Below, piece after piece: positions 6,830 to 17,065 of a DNA stretch of 32,738 bases. The notes beneath the pieces were generated by a model, which did no database searches, was not told the DNA's origin, and was given only the letters and a program-made list of their open reading frames with translations. A program made the position numbers and the translations under genes. Position 1 is the first letter of the stretch, and each line of letters begins with the position of its first letter. The stretch comes from a virus. The stretch spans positions 1 to 32,738 of IMG/VR virus record IMGVR_UViG_3300038701_001390; one strand, given 5' to 3'.

Positions 6830-9800
6830 TTAGAATTTAATTTCATCGCTCTTTTCTAAAACCTTGTTATCAATGATCCACGGGCTGTACCCAAGCATTT
6901 TATATGAGCCCTCAACAACATCACCCTCAAACACATCAACAACGCCCTGTGCCTCTGTCTGGAATGTGGCAAGCGGCACACCTGTTGCCGCGCTTACGGC
7001 TTTCAAACCAGCATTAAGCTCTTTACCGCCCTCCCAAAAATCAGATATTTCAATATCACCTTGAGCAATGTTTTCAACAAAGTCCATCAATGAGCCAATA
7101 AATTCAATTGGGTGTCTGATTGTGGTTTCAAAATAATCACCTGTGACAGCCTTGCTGACAATTGTTTCAAGAATATCACCAAACAAGAAAACACCGTTTG
7201 CCGTACCAAGTATGCTGGCTTTGAGCTGGTCTTTTTCATCAAACTCAAAACCGTTTGCCGCCAGCTGAAAAAGGTTAGGGATAAGAAAGTGATAAACAAA
7301 AAACTGTTTTGCAAATTCAGCTTTGCTGATACGCCCTTTTGCCGCATTAACAATGGCGCGGTATTCAGCCCGTGCCAAGGCGTTTGGCGATGACATAAAC
7401 TGCGTCAGTACCTGTGAGATAACATCATTGCGCTGTTGCAGCTGTGAGAGCTGGTCAATGTCACTTGATTGCTGTGTCTTGTTGGCAAGACGGGCAAACG
7501 ATTCGAGGGCTTGTTCATGGCTCATACCCGCCTTACGTTTTGCGTGATAGTGCCCATAACCACCAAAGGCAATTGCGCCCTTATCACCATACTTGATAGG
7601 CAGCATCAAAAATTGTAAAAGGCCAGGGTTTTTCCCCATGATATTTAAAAAATGCTTATCTTCTGTCAAAGCCTTAAAATCTTTATCAATAGCAAGCCCA
7701 CGGTCTTTAAAGAATTGACTTTCATTCAATGTTTCAAGGGCTTTCTTAGGGTTTTTGGCAAACACAGCCAGCCCCTCTGCAAAATCTTTTGCGCTCACAT
7801 CACTGATCATTGCAGGGAATGAGGTGAGCTGTTTAATACCGATCTGCGGTTTTGCAGCCAGCTGCGCAAAGCCAAAGTTTCTGACCAGGGCCCGCAATGC
7901 CTTTTCACCAAGAAAACTGTTTTGAGCACCCTTACCAGAAAAATAATCAATATCTTTATTGATAGAGCGCGCAAACTCATCACCCATTTTATCTTTAATG
8001 GCACGCTGCACCTCTGGCTTACCAAATATGCGGCGCATGTGATTAACCTTTTCAGCATAAGCAATGAAATATTCCATTTCATAAATATGGCTCATCAGCA
8101 CCTCAAGATCGCCGGCCGGTAAAATCTCACTGCGTGAATTGGTACGGCTTTTTGTGCTGGCAGGCGCAACGCTGCCTTGCGTGGCAATACCCTGCAAAAA
8201 CTCACTGGTTTCAGTTTCAAAAGCGGCGCGTCTGATCGGGCTGTAAAACTCAATCTTTGGCAGATCAACACCGTACAGCTTGCGGTATGTCTTATTTACA
8301 CGGTCATAATACTCATTATAAAATTCAAGCTGTGCCTCTGCAATGGCAATATCTTGGCTGTCAAGTGAGGCCTCAATTGCGCTTTCAATTTCCTCTGTGT
8401 ACCGATTCCCTTTTTCATCAAACAGGGTTTCACGCAGCGAATCGTCTTGAAATTCCATCCAACGCTTGCGCGCCTCTGCGCGGCTCATCTTAACACGGCG
8501 CACTTTACCATCAGCGTGAACCATGTTGCCTAAATCAATCATTGTGCTGGTGTCTTTATACATACGCTTTTGCAGCTCTTTGCGTGATAAACCAGAGGCA
8601 TCCAATATGCGCTGCTCAATATCAAGCACCTGCTCTGTTTTACCTTTGTCAAAGGCGCGGGATTCCCTGAACAATGAGGCTTGATTGTTGATAAATGTGG
8701 TGACGGCTTTATTGTCTTTGCTATCAAATGCGGTCAATAGCTTGGTTTCAAGAGTACCGGCCCAGTTATTAAACAGGTTTGCACTGCGCTGTTTCAATGA
8801 CTGCTTGGCATCATCGACCCAGCTGTAGTTTGGTTTTGGCTCAACCTCACCAATCAAGTCAATAAGCGTTTGCGCATCACGGTCAACATCAGCATCGCGT
8901 ACACTTTGCAGGTAAAGATTGACATTGCGGCCGCCCTGTATCAGCGTTTTAACATTGATTGCCAAGTCAGTCAGGCTTTCAACACTTGCCTCTGCTGCCT
9001 CTGCTTTTGCCATGAGCATTGCAATTTGTGTGCGCTGTTCAGGCGTTGGTATCTCATCAATAGAGAAGGCCTTTTCAAGCTCAAGGTTTGCCTCCTCTTT
9101 TGTCATTTTATCAATGCGGTAAAGCTCATTAAGCTGTGCCTGTATCTCTGGTGTGTATTTACCCTTTGGCCGACCGCTTTGCTTTTTGACCCGTGTTTTT
9201 TTCAAGCTCTTTGAAATTTCAGAGCGCAGCTTGCGCACGGAATCCGCTTTCAAAAGACTTTCAACCCGTTTGCGTATTTTTGGCAGCTCTTTACGTGCTT
9301 TTTCAGCAGAATTGATATTCTTAATTGAGCGTATGAATTTTGCCTTATCAGCGGGGCGCATTTTGGCACTATCAAGCAAATTGATAATTGCCTCTTGTGA
9401 CGCTTTCACATCCTGTTTTGCAAGACGTGCACCCTCTTTAAATGCCGTTGAAAAGGTTACATATTGTTTTGCATCAGCAAGCTGTTTACTTATGTACTCA
9501 TCAAGATCAGCATTGAAAGCCTGGGCCTCTTGTTTGCGCTGAACCAAATCCATATCCTCTGGCCGGTAACGCGGATTGCCCTGCGATTCCTCAACCAAAG
9601 CATTAACCAAATCATTTTCGGTTGTTGTTGCCTCACCCTCTGAAAAATTTGTATCCTCAATATAGCCAGCCTCAACAGCCAACTCACGGGCTTGATCAAG
9701 AGTAAGCTGACCATTTTTACTGGCAACGCCTTTAAGCTGTGGGTTTTCTTTTTTGGTGAATTGTGCCGTTTCACCAATATCAGATTTTAAACCGCCTTTT

Positions 9801-11275
9801 GATTTGATAAATTCAGCCAGCGTTTCTGTTTTGCCCTGTGGTACGGGTATGAATCCTTTACCCTCAAGCAAGCGCAACTCTTGCGCGCGCTCCTCTGTTT
9901 TTGAATTAAGGTTTTGAGCAAATGCTAACAGATCACCGTTAAGCTCTTTTGTTTCAATCAATTCACCAGCGTTGAAATTTTGACGCATACGGTCAATTAA
10001 AACATCAGCCTCTGGTACATCAATGACAGGCTCACTATCTTGAAAAACATCCTGAAACTCTTGATCAAATTCTGCGTTTGCCTCATCAAAACGCGCCTGA
10101 ACATCAGCGGGCACATCACTGGCAACGGTTTCCCCGCCTGTTAAACTCTTGACCGCCTTTTGACTGCCATCGACTGTTGCACCAATTGTGGTTTGACCAG
10201 CAGACGTTGCAATTGAGCTGACAGCCTCAAGCGCAGCCTCTTTGAAATTTACCTCACCATCTTTGGCAAATTGACCCGCAGCCTCGCCCGTAAATTCACC
10301 AGCTGATTGCACACCAACATCAGCCGCCGCGCCTGCAACCCTTTTGACTTTACCTGCACCAGATACGGCTTTGACAATGCGACCACCAAAAACCTGAAAT
10401 AAGGAATCAACAGCCGCAGTTGTTAAACCTTTCCGCTCTGCCTTTTTCTTAATGTCATTCATAAACGCATCATTTTGCAAGGCTTTCAAAACCTGCTGTG
10501 CGTCCGTAATATCAACACCCGCCTCTTGCATCATGCTGTCAATTTCAGCACCAATCTCAACAATTGCAGTACCTGGGCCCGCACCAACAACCCCACCACC
10601 AATTACGCCAATACCAGCACCAACAGTTGCGGCAACGGGTACAGTGACAATTTCCTCTGGCGCAGCGGCTTGCGGCCCAGCCTGACCTGCAATCAATGCG
10701 CCACCTGCACCAATTTTTGCACCAGCAAATCCGCCAGCTTTTGCGCCAAGATATGTTGTAATAAGCGGTAAAATACTGTTTGGCGATTGCGTGACAGCTG
10801 TGCGCCCAATAGCACGCGGGTTACTTAAAAACACACCAGCTGTTTCAAAAAAACCTTGAGCGTCATCAAATTGACGTTGAAACTCTTTCATGTATTCAGG
10901 TTGATTGCGCTGCGCATTGGCTAACGCGCGGCTGCGGTCGGCCACAAAATCATTAATCTGGTCATCGGGTACAAGATCATATGCATTGGCAACCAAAGCA
11001 AGATATGCTGCCTGCTTGTCAAACATTGCGCCTGTTTCATCAAATGTGCTTGAGGGACTATCAAAAAGGTCATCATTCTCAATTTCAGAAAACATTTGAG
11101 CTGTGCCACGCGGGGCAGTTACCGTTTCACCGTTTGCCTCAAACTGTATGCGCTCCTCTTGCCCATCATCAGGCTCAAGATAATTATAGGCTGGCAGGTC
11201 ATCATTAAGGGGTACAAATCTGCTGGCAGCTGGTGTGTTTTGTGGTGGTGTGTTTTCAATTGGCTCAAATGGCAT
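6830..11275 (-). CDS. Large internal virion / DNA-ejection protein (gp16-position analogue)
   Basis: 1481-aa ORF in the T7 gp16 position, between the lysozyme-domain protein and the tail fibre. It has a Gly-rich hydrophobic block predicted to be membrane-active (LGAKAGGFAGAKIGAGGALIAGQAG...VGAGIGVIGGGVVGAGPG) and long helical regions. No enzymatic motif was recognised. Confidence 0.6.
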   Translation of the reverse strand: MPFEPIENTPPQNTPAASRFVPLNDDLPAYNYLEPDDGQEERIQFEANGETVTAPRGTAQMFSEIENDDLFDSPSSTFDETGAMFDKQAAYLALVANAYDLVPDDQINDFVADRSRALANAQRNQPEYMKEFQRQFDDAQGFFETAGVFLSNPRAIGRTAVTQSPNSILPLITTYLGAKAGGFAGAKIGAGGALIAGQAGPQAAAPEEIVTVPVAATVGAGIGVIGGGVVGAGPGTAIVEIGAEIDSMMQEAGVDITDAQQVLKALQNDAFMNDIKKKAERKGLTTAAVDSLFQVFGGRIVKAVSGAGKVKRVAGAAADVGVQSAGEFTGEAAGQFAKDGEVNFKEAALEAVSSIATSAGQTTIGATVDGSQKAVKSLTGGETVASDVPADVQARFDEANAEFDQEFQDVFQDSEPVIDVPEADVLIDRMRQNFNAGELIETKELNGDLLAFAQNLNSKTEERAQELRLLEGKGFIPVPQGKTETLAEFIKSKGGLKSDIGETAQFTKKENPQLKGVASKNGQLTLDQARELAVEAGYIEDTNFSEGEATTTENDLVNALVEESQGNPRYRPEDMDLVQRKQEAQAFNADLDEYISKQLADAKQYVTFSTAFKEGARLAKQDVKASQEAIINLLDSAKMRPADKAKFIRSIKNINSAEKARKELPKIRKRVESLLKADSVRKLRSEISKSLKKTRVKKQSGRPKGKYTPEIQAQLNELYRIDKMTKEEANLELEKAFSIDEIPTPEQRTQIAMLMAKAEAAEASVESLTDLAINVKTLIQGGRNVNLYLQSVRDADVDRDAQTLIDLIGEVEPKPNYSWVDDAKQSLKQRSANLFNNWAGTLETKLLTAFDSKDNKAVTTFINNQASLFRESRAFDKGKTEQVLDIEQRILDASGLSRKELQKRMYKDTSTMIDLGNMVHADGKVRRVKMSRAEARKRWMEFQDDSLRETLFDEKGNRYTEEIESAIEASLDSQDIAIAEAQLEFYNEYYDRVNKTYRKLYGVDLPKIEFYSPIRRAAFETETSEFLQGIATQGSVAPASTKSRTNSRSEILPAGDLEVLMSHIYEMEYFIAYAEKVNHMRRIFGKPEVQRAIKDKMGDEFARSINKDIDYFSGKGAQNSFLGEKALRALVRNFGFAQLAAKPQIGIKQLTSFPAMISDVSAKDFAEGLAVFAKNPKKALETLNESQFFKDRGLAIDKDFKALTEDKHFLNIMGKNPGLLQFLMLPIKYGDKGAIAFGGYGHYHAKRKAGMSHEQALESFARLANKTQQSSDIDQLSQLQQRNDVISQVLTQFMSSPNALARAEYRAIVNAAKGRISKAEFAKQFFVYHFLIPNLFQLAANGFEFDEKDQLKASILGTANGVFLFGDILETIVSKAVTGDYFETTIRHPIEFIGSLMDFVENIAQGDIEISDFWEGGKELNAGLKAVSAATGVPLATFQTEAQGVVDVFEGDVVEGSYKMLGYSPWIIDNKVLEKSDEIKF

Positions 11276-13389
11276 TATGACCTCGCAACACCGCGCTGAC
11301 CTGCCACAATAACGGGCGTACCGTCAGGCAGGTTTGCGGCTTCCATATCTTCAACGCTTTCAAATATGTGCTCTTTTTTCACATCAGGTATTTTACGCAC
11401 AACAGCGTTTGGCGGGTTTTTCGTATCAACACGGCCAATATAGTTTTTATTATTCACTGACTGAATTGCACGGCGCAACGCCTCATTAAGCACGCGCTCA
11501 TCTTGCGCGGTATTGCCAGAGCTTTGATATTCACCAGTTGCCTGATAGTTGCCCTTTTCATCAAATTCACCCAGCTGGTCAGAAAACCGCATAAACAGCT
11601 CTCTTTTTTGCACAATGTCATTGCCCCGGCCAATGTTTTTGAGATATGCACCAATCTTGTCAAGAGCCTCACCGTACGGATCTTGAATACCGCGCGCGAT
11701 TCTGAATCCGTCAGGCTGTGTTCTTTTATTGGCAATGGCATCAGTCACACCTGCCTGCACGCCATCAAGCAGCTTTTTACCCTCGGCAACAGTGATTGCT
11801 CCACGCTCAACCTCTTTAATAATATCAAGCTTATATTGTTTATACTGCTTTATGTTTTCAGAATTGAGCTTAATGTCTGTTGCCTCTTGTGTTGTGCCGC
11901 CAAAAGCAACCCGCAAATTTTGCAGCTGGCCGGTTAAGCGGTCAAAGGTTTTAAGCCGCTCCTCATTGGGCACATTTTCTTTTTTCTGGTTTTGTGAATT
12001 GATCAGCTGCCGCGCCTCTGCCGCAAAATCATCAGATATATCACCATTAAAATCAGCCTGATTGATCTGTATAATCTTATCAGCAATGGGCACAGCGGGG
12101 TCATTGATAACATCAAGCAGGCTTGTTTCATTGCCGACCTGTGTAATTACATCAGCCTCACGCATATCTGATACGCGCTTTTCAATAGTGCTTTTTGCAA
12201 GTTTGGCTGTTTCTGGTGACATGGAATCCCGCACATTGACAAGATCAACATTCTCATCCTCTGTGGTCAAAAGTGTTTTTGTCCATGCAAGGCGGCTATT
12301 CATGTGGGGCTTGCCCGGCCGCAGAAACTTGTCTGAAATAATTTTTGTTGCCTCAAGCGGGTCTGTCACATTTTCAAGCTCTTTAAGAACACTGCCCTCT
12401 GCTGTATTTTTAAGCTCATGAATGAGAAAGCCTTTATTTGCCTCATATGAATTGGGGTCAATCCCTTTATCAGCTGCCCATTTTTCAAACTCAACACGGC
12501 GCGAGCCCGTCCATTGTGCATACCCAAAGCCACCGCGTGAACCTTTGATCATTGGGTCAATTTCTTGCAGTTGTAAAAATCCCCCGCTTTCATGGGCAAG
12601 ATTGCCAACAATACCCGCAGCAACCGCATCAGAAACACCAAGCTCTGATTTAATATCGGTAAACAATTTGTTTGCCGTTTTCATTGTTGATTCGCCAGTA
12701 TTGGGCATTGAAACAATTAAGCTGCCATCCATAAACGCTTTGTAATCATCAGGGTTTGCAACGGCGCGCTCAAAGGCAACTTGCTCTTTAAGGTCTTTTA
12801 CCATCTTGAAACGCTGTTCAGGCGTAAAAATATATTGCCCGTTTTCATCAGTCTGGCTTGCAATTTGATCAATACGCAGCATATTTTCTTGCACTGCCTC
12901 CATTGCCGTGCGTGCAACAACAGGATCTTTTGACGTGCCTGCGCTGATCAATGACGGCAATGATCTGTTGATACCATCAACGGCTTGCAACGCAGAGAGC
13001 CTTGTTTCATCAGATATTATTTTCTGCCTGCGTGACGTTGCCTGTGCAATAGCAGCACCGCCTGACTTTTTCAATTGCAGCTCAAACCGTGCCCGCATAT
13101 TAGGGTCAGACACCTCCTCAAGAAAGGTTGTTGAATAATCATCAAGAGCCGTTGAAAGGCCATCGGGGTCAGAGGCAAATTTTTGCTCAAGTGTTTGCAA
13201 TTCACCAGCAATCATGGTTTGACCTCTGATATATGCATTTTCAGCAGCTTGTTGTTGAAATTGGTCGCGCTGTTGTTTGGCTACATTGGCAATGTTTTGT
13301 GATAGCTCTGCATTGCCAGTAGGGCCACCCGTTTCTTGAACACGGGCATTGATACCAATCTGTTTTTGCGTGATAGGTATATCTCTCAT
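11275..13389 (-). CDS. Internal virion protein with a peptidoglycan-hydrolase (phage tail lysozyme-type) domain
   Basis: 704 aa. AAGIVGNLAHESGGFLQLQE...GSRGGFGYAQWTGSRRVEFEKWAADKG...GFLIHELKN matches the phage tail lysozyme pattern (GNL..ESGF.....E...GG.G.AQWT..R...L). It has TAATG overlaps on both sides. Confidence 0.7.
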   Translation of the reverse strand: MRDIPITQKQIGINARVQETGGPTGNAELSQNIANVAKQQRDQFQQQAAENAYIRGQTMIAGELQTLEQKFASDPDGLSTALDDYSTTFLEEVSDPNMRARFELQLKKSGGAAIAQATSRRQKIISDETRLSALQAVDGINRSLPSLISAGTSKDPVVARTAMEAVQENMLRIDQIASQTDENGQYIFTPEQRFKMVKDLKEQVAFERAVANPDDYKAFMDGSLIVSMPNTGESTMKTANKLFTDIKSELGVSDAVAAGIVGNLAHESGGFLQLQEIDPMIKGSRGGFGYAQWTGSRRVEFEKWAADKGIDPNSYEANKGFLIHELKNTAEGSVLKELENVTDPLEATKIISDKFLRPGKPHMNSRLAWTKTLLTTEDENVDLVNVRDSMSPETAKLAKSTIEKRVSDMREADVITQVGNETSLLDVINDPAVPIADKIIQINQADFNGDISDDFAAEARQLINSQNQKKENVPNEERLKTFDRLTGQLQNLRVAFGGTTQEATDIKLNSENIKQYKQYKLDIIKEVERGAITVAEGKKLLDGVQAGVTDAIANKRTQPDGFRIARGIQDPYGEALDKIGAYLKNIGRGNDIVQKRELFMRFSDQLGEFDEKGNYQATGEYQSSGNTAQDERVLNEALRRAIQSVNNKNYIGRVDTKNPPNAVVRKIPDVKKEHIFESVEDMEAANLPDGTPVIVAGQRGVARS

Positions 13390-13958
13390 TATAGCCCCTC
13401 CAGCAAAGATTTTACTGGTTTATAACCAGACACAGTCCTAAGGGCCTCAACACCGCCCTCTGTCTTTTTAGCAGCTGCGTTTAACTTTGAATTTGAGGCG
13501 CGTTGCTCTGCATTGAGCCCTGCAATATCTGAATTAAACAAAGCAAGATCAATATCATTGCTGGCATTGCGCTTTGCTGTTTCTTTAGCCGCCAAACTTG
13601 AACCCTCACCCTGCAATGTACCACGAGCCGCAAACAGAGCGTTCTGACTTGATAGATCACGCTCAAGCTGTTCTTGAATTGCCAAAGACTGCCTGCGCCC
13701 CTCAAGCCTCTCAAAACCTGCATTTAATGTTGATTGACGCGCCTGCATGTTTAAAGCAGCTGACTGTTGATTGCCAGACTGTATTGAACTGAACGCGCTG
13801 GCTGCTGTTAATCCACCCGTTAAAAGAGAGCCAGCTGTTAATCCACTAAATAAAGATCCAGCACTCAATGAAAATGCACCGCCTGCGCCAAAAAGACCAA
13901 CCGTGCTTGCGCCCGCCGTACTTGACAACAATGGTGCTCCTACTAATAATTCTGCCAT
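13389..13958 (-). CDS. Small internal virion protein (gp14-position analogue)
   Basis: 189 aa. It has a Gly/Ala/Ser-rich hydrophobic N-terminal half (LFGAGGAFSLSAGSLFSGLTAGSLLTGGLTAASAF) followed by a helical region. It was assigned by its position between the tail tubular B-like protein and the ejection proteins. Confidence 0.5.
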   Translation of the reverse strand: MAELLVGAPLLSSTAGASTVGLFGAGGAFSLSAGSLFSGLTAGSLLTGGLTAASAFSSIQSGNQQSAALNMQARQSTLNAGFERLEGRRQSLAIQEQLERDLSSQNALFAARGTLQGEGSSLAAKETAKRNASNDIDLALFNSDIAGLNAEQRASNSKLNAAAKKTEGGVEALRTVSGYKPVKSLLEGL

Positions 13959-16033
13959 TACACATTCACCCTTTTCTTAATTGCCAGCACAGTCATTGGT
14001 AGTGGGTTTTCTTGGCTGATTGTTATTTGCGCATCCTCTGTCCAGCCTCTTTGCCCCATAATACGCTTTACCCCTGTAAACCGCGTAGGCTGAACATCAA
14101 ACGGGCTGCCACCACCAGCGGGCCCAAAACCTCTAAAAGATACAGGTTTACCGTTTACCAATATACCAGCAGTTTCAGAAAGCCGTAAGCTAATTTCTGA
14201 AATGTTTGTTTTCATGCCCATCAATGTCGCCTGCGCGCCAAAGGTTTGTGAGGCTGGCAAATCAATGACCAATGGTGTAAAGTTTAAACCAACCTCAAGA
14301 GATTCCTGTGCCTCACGTCCAACGGTAACAGAGCCACCGCTTACAGTTTCATTTTCAAGTAATGAACCATCAGCCAAAACACGGCACTCTTCACCCTCAA
14401 GGTGATCAAGGTTATTCACAGTGTCTGTGGGTAAACCTGTGGTTAAACGCACGCTGGCATCCATGTAATGATCATTGTTAAAACGTTCAAGCCAGTTGAT
14501 TGTGTTGCCGTCAATTTCACGCTCAATGACAAAATACATGTCCGCAACATCAACGCCGCAGCTTTTAAAGCTGCCCTGTGTGCGTGCCTCAACAAAGCTG
14601 GTAATGCCTTGTGATCTTAAAATGTTAGAAATTGTCAGTTTACCATCATTGCGCACCAGAAGAATATAAGCCCCTTCCTCTGTGCTGGTTGCCTTACGCA
14701 AAGCAAAATCAACAGGGTTTTTTATCAAATGTGATGACAACAATGACACAAAATTATTGCTAAAAGCTTGCTGCGCGTCATCATAAATAAATTCTTGAAT
14801 ACTTGCACCCTCACGCTGCACGTACATCACACCGCCCTCAACCTCTTGAGGTCTGAAATTCTTTTCACTACCGATAGAGCTTTGGCGCGTCATCACAGCG
14901 GATTCAGGTGTTATTGGGTCGCCAAAGGTTTGAGGGATAATATATTCAGCCTTTGACGTGAAAAACATTAAGTTACGGCCGGGGTAAATTGCCTCAATTG
15001 GGTCAAAACCTGCTGTCAAAGGCCCGATAGCCTCATCAGCAAGAGCCGTGCCAAAATCAAAATTAAAAACATCATTTACCTTTGAGCCATAACCAACAGA
15101 GGGGCGCGACCGGCCACCATCAACCCAAAGCCGCCCTTGATAAAAACGCCCATGCCTGGGCCAACCTCTTGTGCTTGACCATATGTCCTCATTACCACTA
15201 CCAAAATCAAACTCTGGTATATTGCTATAAGTAACACTGCCTAAATCCCATATATCATTTGCGCCATTGCGTTGCAGGGTAATGGTTTGCACATCTTCAT
15301 GAAAAATTATAAGCGTGTCTGCGTCTGTTTCCCAATCTATTTGAGGTAAACGATCACTGGTTAAAGATGAAATATAAATATCAATCAGATATATTGTGCC
15401 TTGATAGATAGCAATGTTTTTATCACTGACCACCATTTTGTATGTCTGATCAACATTAAACTCAAAATCAATGCAGCGCGTATTGCTTGTGCCGCTTTCT
15501 GTGGCAATTTCAAGGCTTGTGATCGATACGGTTGCGCTGCCAAGGTCTGTGCTGCCAATACGGGCAAGGCGGGCATATCTGTATGAACCGTGGACTCGGC
15601 GGGTAAAATCTTTTGCTGTTGTGGTCAATTCAATAGCTGTGCCAACCGTAACCCACACGCTGTTGTCAGTGCTGACCTGCAATACAAACTCATCAGAGCT
15701 GCCTGCGCTTAAAGCCGCACCATTCAGGTAAAGCACGCCAATATCAACAGCAGAGCCTGCATCCTCATGGTGTGACACATATGGATCTGTTGTGCCAATT
15801 GCGCCTGTGTTTGGCGTTGTGCTGGTTGTTGATACCTTTGTCAGTGACCCACCAAGCACGCGGTCAATATGCTCAAGGCCGGGCCGGCGTTTAAAACCGC
15901 CTTGAGGCAGTGTCAAAATGTCTTTTGCAGCCGCAAGAGCCCCGTAATACTGGTCAATGTCATCCCGCGCAAGCATTGCTGGGTCAAGCTCACCCTGCGT
16001 AAATCTTTGCTGTATTGTGGTAAAACGTGGCAC
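13958..16033 (-). CDS. Tail tubular protein B-like (nozzle)
   Basis: 691 aa with a GTG start in a TAGTG overlap. The N-terminus FTQGELDPAMLARDDIDQYYGALAAAKDILTLPQGGFKRRPG and the C-terminus ...FTGVKRIMGQRGWTEDAQITISQENPLPMTVLAI are typical of podoviral nozzle proteins. It occupies the gp12 position after the gp11-like gene. Confidence 0.65.
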   Translation of the reverse strand: MPRFTTIQQRFTQGELDPAMLARDDIDQYYGALAAAKDILTLPQGGFKRRPGLEHIDRVLGGSLTKVSTTSTTPNTGAIGTTDPYVSHHEDAGSAVDIGVLYLNGAALSAGSSDEFVLQVSTDNSVWVTVGTAIELTTTAKDFTRRVHGSYRYARLARIGSTDLGSATVSITSLEIATESGTSNTRCIDFEFNVDQTYKMVVSDKNIAIYQGTIYLIDIYISSLTSDRLPQIDWETDADTLIIFHEDVQTITLQRNGANDIWDLGSVTYSNIPEFDFGSGNEDIWSSTRGWPRHGRFYQGRLWVDGGRSRPSVGYGSKVNDVFNFDFGTALADEAIGPLTAGFDPIEAIYPGRNLMFFTSKAEYIIPQTFGDPITPESAVMTRQSSIGSEKNFRPQEVEGGVMYVQREGASIQEFIYDDAQQAFSNNFVSLLSSHLIKNPVDFALRKATSTEEGAYILLVRNDGKLTISNILRSQGITSFVEARTQGSFKSCGVDVADMYFVIEREIDGNTINWLERFNNDHYMDASVRLTTGLPTDTVNNLDHLEGEECRVLADGSLLENETVSGGSVTVGREAQESLEVGLNFTPLVIDLPASQTFGAQATLMGMKTNISEISLRLSETAGILVNGKPVSFRGFGPAGGGSPFDVQPTRFTGVKRIMGQRGWTEDAQITISQENPLPMTVLAIKKRVNV

Positions 16034-16650
16034 TAACTGAACCTCGCATCAATAAATGGGCTTTGTAAAATCTCTTCTGGTGGTTTTTGCAGCATGTCAA
16101 TTGCCGCAGCAGAGGCAAACTTACCGCCTTTTTCACCATCAGAAGGGTTGCCGTAAGCAACAGTCTGCCACTTTGTGTGCAGGTTTTCATCATCAGTGAC
16201 AGGCACAGCTGTGAGCGCGGCAAATGCAGGTATAGCAAATGCGGTAAAATACCCCGGCCAATTTGTTTCGGCTGTGTAAACAGTAAACTCAAGCCATAAA
16301 TTAGGGTAATTACTCATGATCACACGCTTACCGTCAGGGGCTTGTATATCATAATTATTTATTGGTTTTGCACCAACCTTGTCAGAAGGGTAAACAGCCC
16401 AAACGCGCAACGCCTCTGCTGGTATTATATGAGCATAACGCCACTCATTAAGAGGCGAGTCGGTTTGATTAAGCCTGCGCTTTTTTGTGGCAAATGACCA
16501 AGGGTGACGGGTCAGAATATCTTGCACAAAATCACTGTAATACAGCTTTGCAATATCTGCCTCATTTGTGCCCTCATCAAAGCTGCTGATTGTGTTTGCC
16601 CTTAACAAACCCATTGCTTGTGAGGCAATATCAATATCACTTGAGGCCAT
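16033..16650 (-). CDS. Tail tubular protein A-like (adaptor/gatekeeper)
   Basis: 205 aa. IASQAMGLLRANTISSFDEGTNEADIAKLYYSDFVQDILTRHPWSFA parallels T7 gp11 ([45 protein letters not shown]). It has an AAAGGGTAGG SD. Confidence 0.65.
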   Translation of the reverse strand: MASSDIDIASQAMGLLRANTISSFDEGTNEADIAKLYYSDFVQDILTRHPWSFATKKRRLNQTDSPLNEWRYAHIIPAEALRVWAVYPSDKVGAKPINNYDIQAPDGKRVIMSNYPNLWLEFTVYTAETNWPGYFTAFAIPAFAALTAVPVTDDENLHTKWQTVAYGNPSDGEKGGKFASAAAIDMLQKPPEEILQSPFIDARFS

Positions 16651-16676
16651 GACCTACCCTTTCAAATTCTTTTAAG

Positions 16677-16708
16677 AAAAAAGGGGCGAGGCTATAAACA
16701 CCCGCCCC
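16677..16708 (-). terminator. Intrinsic terminator downstream of the capsid / 104-aa gene pair
   Basis: The minus strand reads GGGGCG-(loop)-CGCCCC followed by TTTTTT. The stem is 16683-16688 with 16703-16708 and is extendable with a bulge. The T tract is the complement of 16677-16682. Confidence 0.65.
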
Positions 16709-16734
16709 TCTAATTTCATAGGTTAATATCTGAA

Positions 16735-17049
16735 TTAGTCAGAGTCGGTGACAGATACCGCAGTACCGTCAGCAACATCCACTGTGCCCGCAGCTTTATC
16801 AACAGCGTTGACAAAAAGCAAATTGGGTGCAGGTGTGCCATCAGTGTCACATACCGCGTAAATCAGATCGCCAGCATTCAAGTGGCGCACAGCACCATTG
16901 AAATAACCAGCGGTGTTTACGTCAGCAACCGTGTCATTAGTGGCATAACTGAAAACAGATGGTGCGCCCTTTAATGTGGCAGTCCCAAAACCCGTAAGAG
17001 GCTTTGAGGTGTTACCCACTGGCGCAAAGTTAGCAATAGCAAAAGACAT
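16735..17049 (-). CDS. Hypothetical virion-associated protein (possible capsid decoration)
   Basis: 104 aa, Gly/Ala/Thr-rich. It lies 16 nt downstream of the capsid gene within the same terminator-bounded unit and has an AAGAAAGGAAA SD. No motif was recognised. Confidence 0.45.
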   Translation of the reverse strand: MSFAIANFAPVGNTSKPLTGFGTATLKGAPSVFSYATNDTVADVNTAGYFNGAVRHLNAGDLIYAVCDTDGTPAPNLLFVNAVDKAAGTVDVADGTAVSVTDSD

Positions 17050-17065
17050 GATAAAATTTCCTTTC

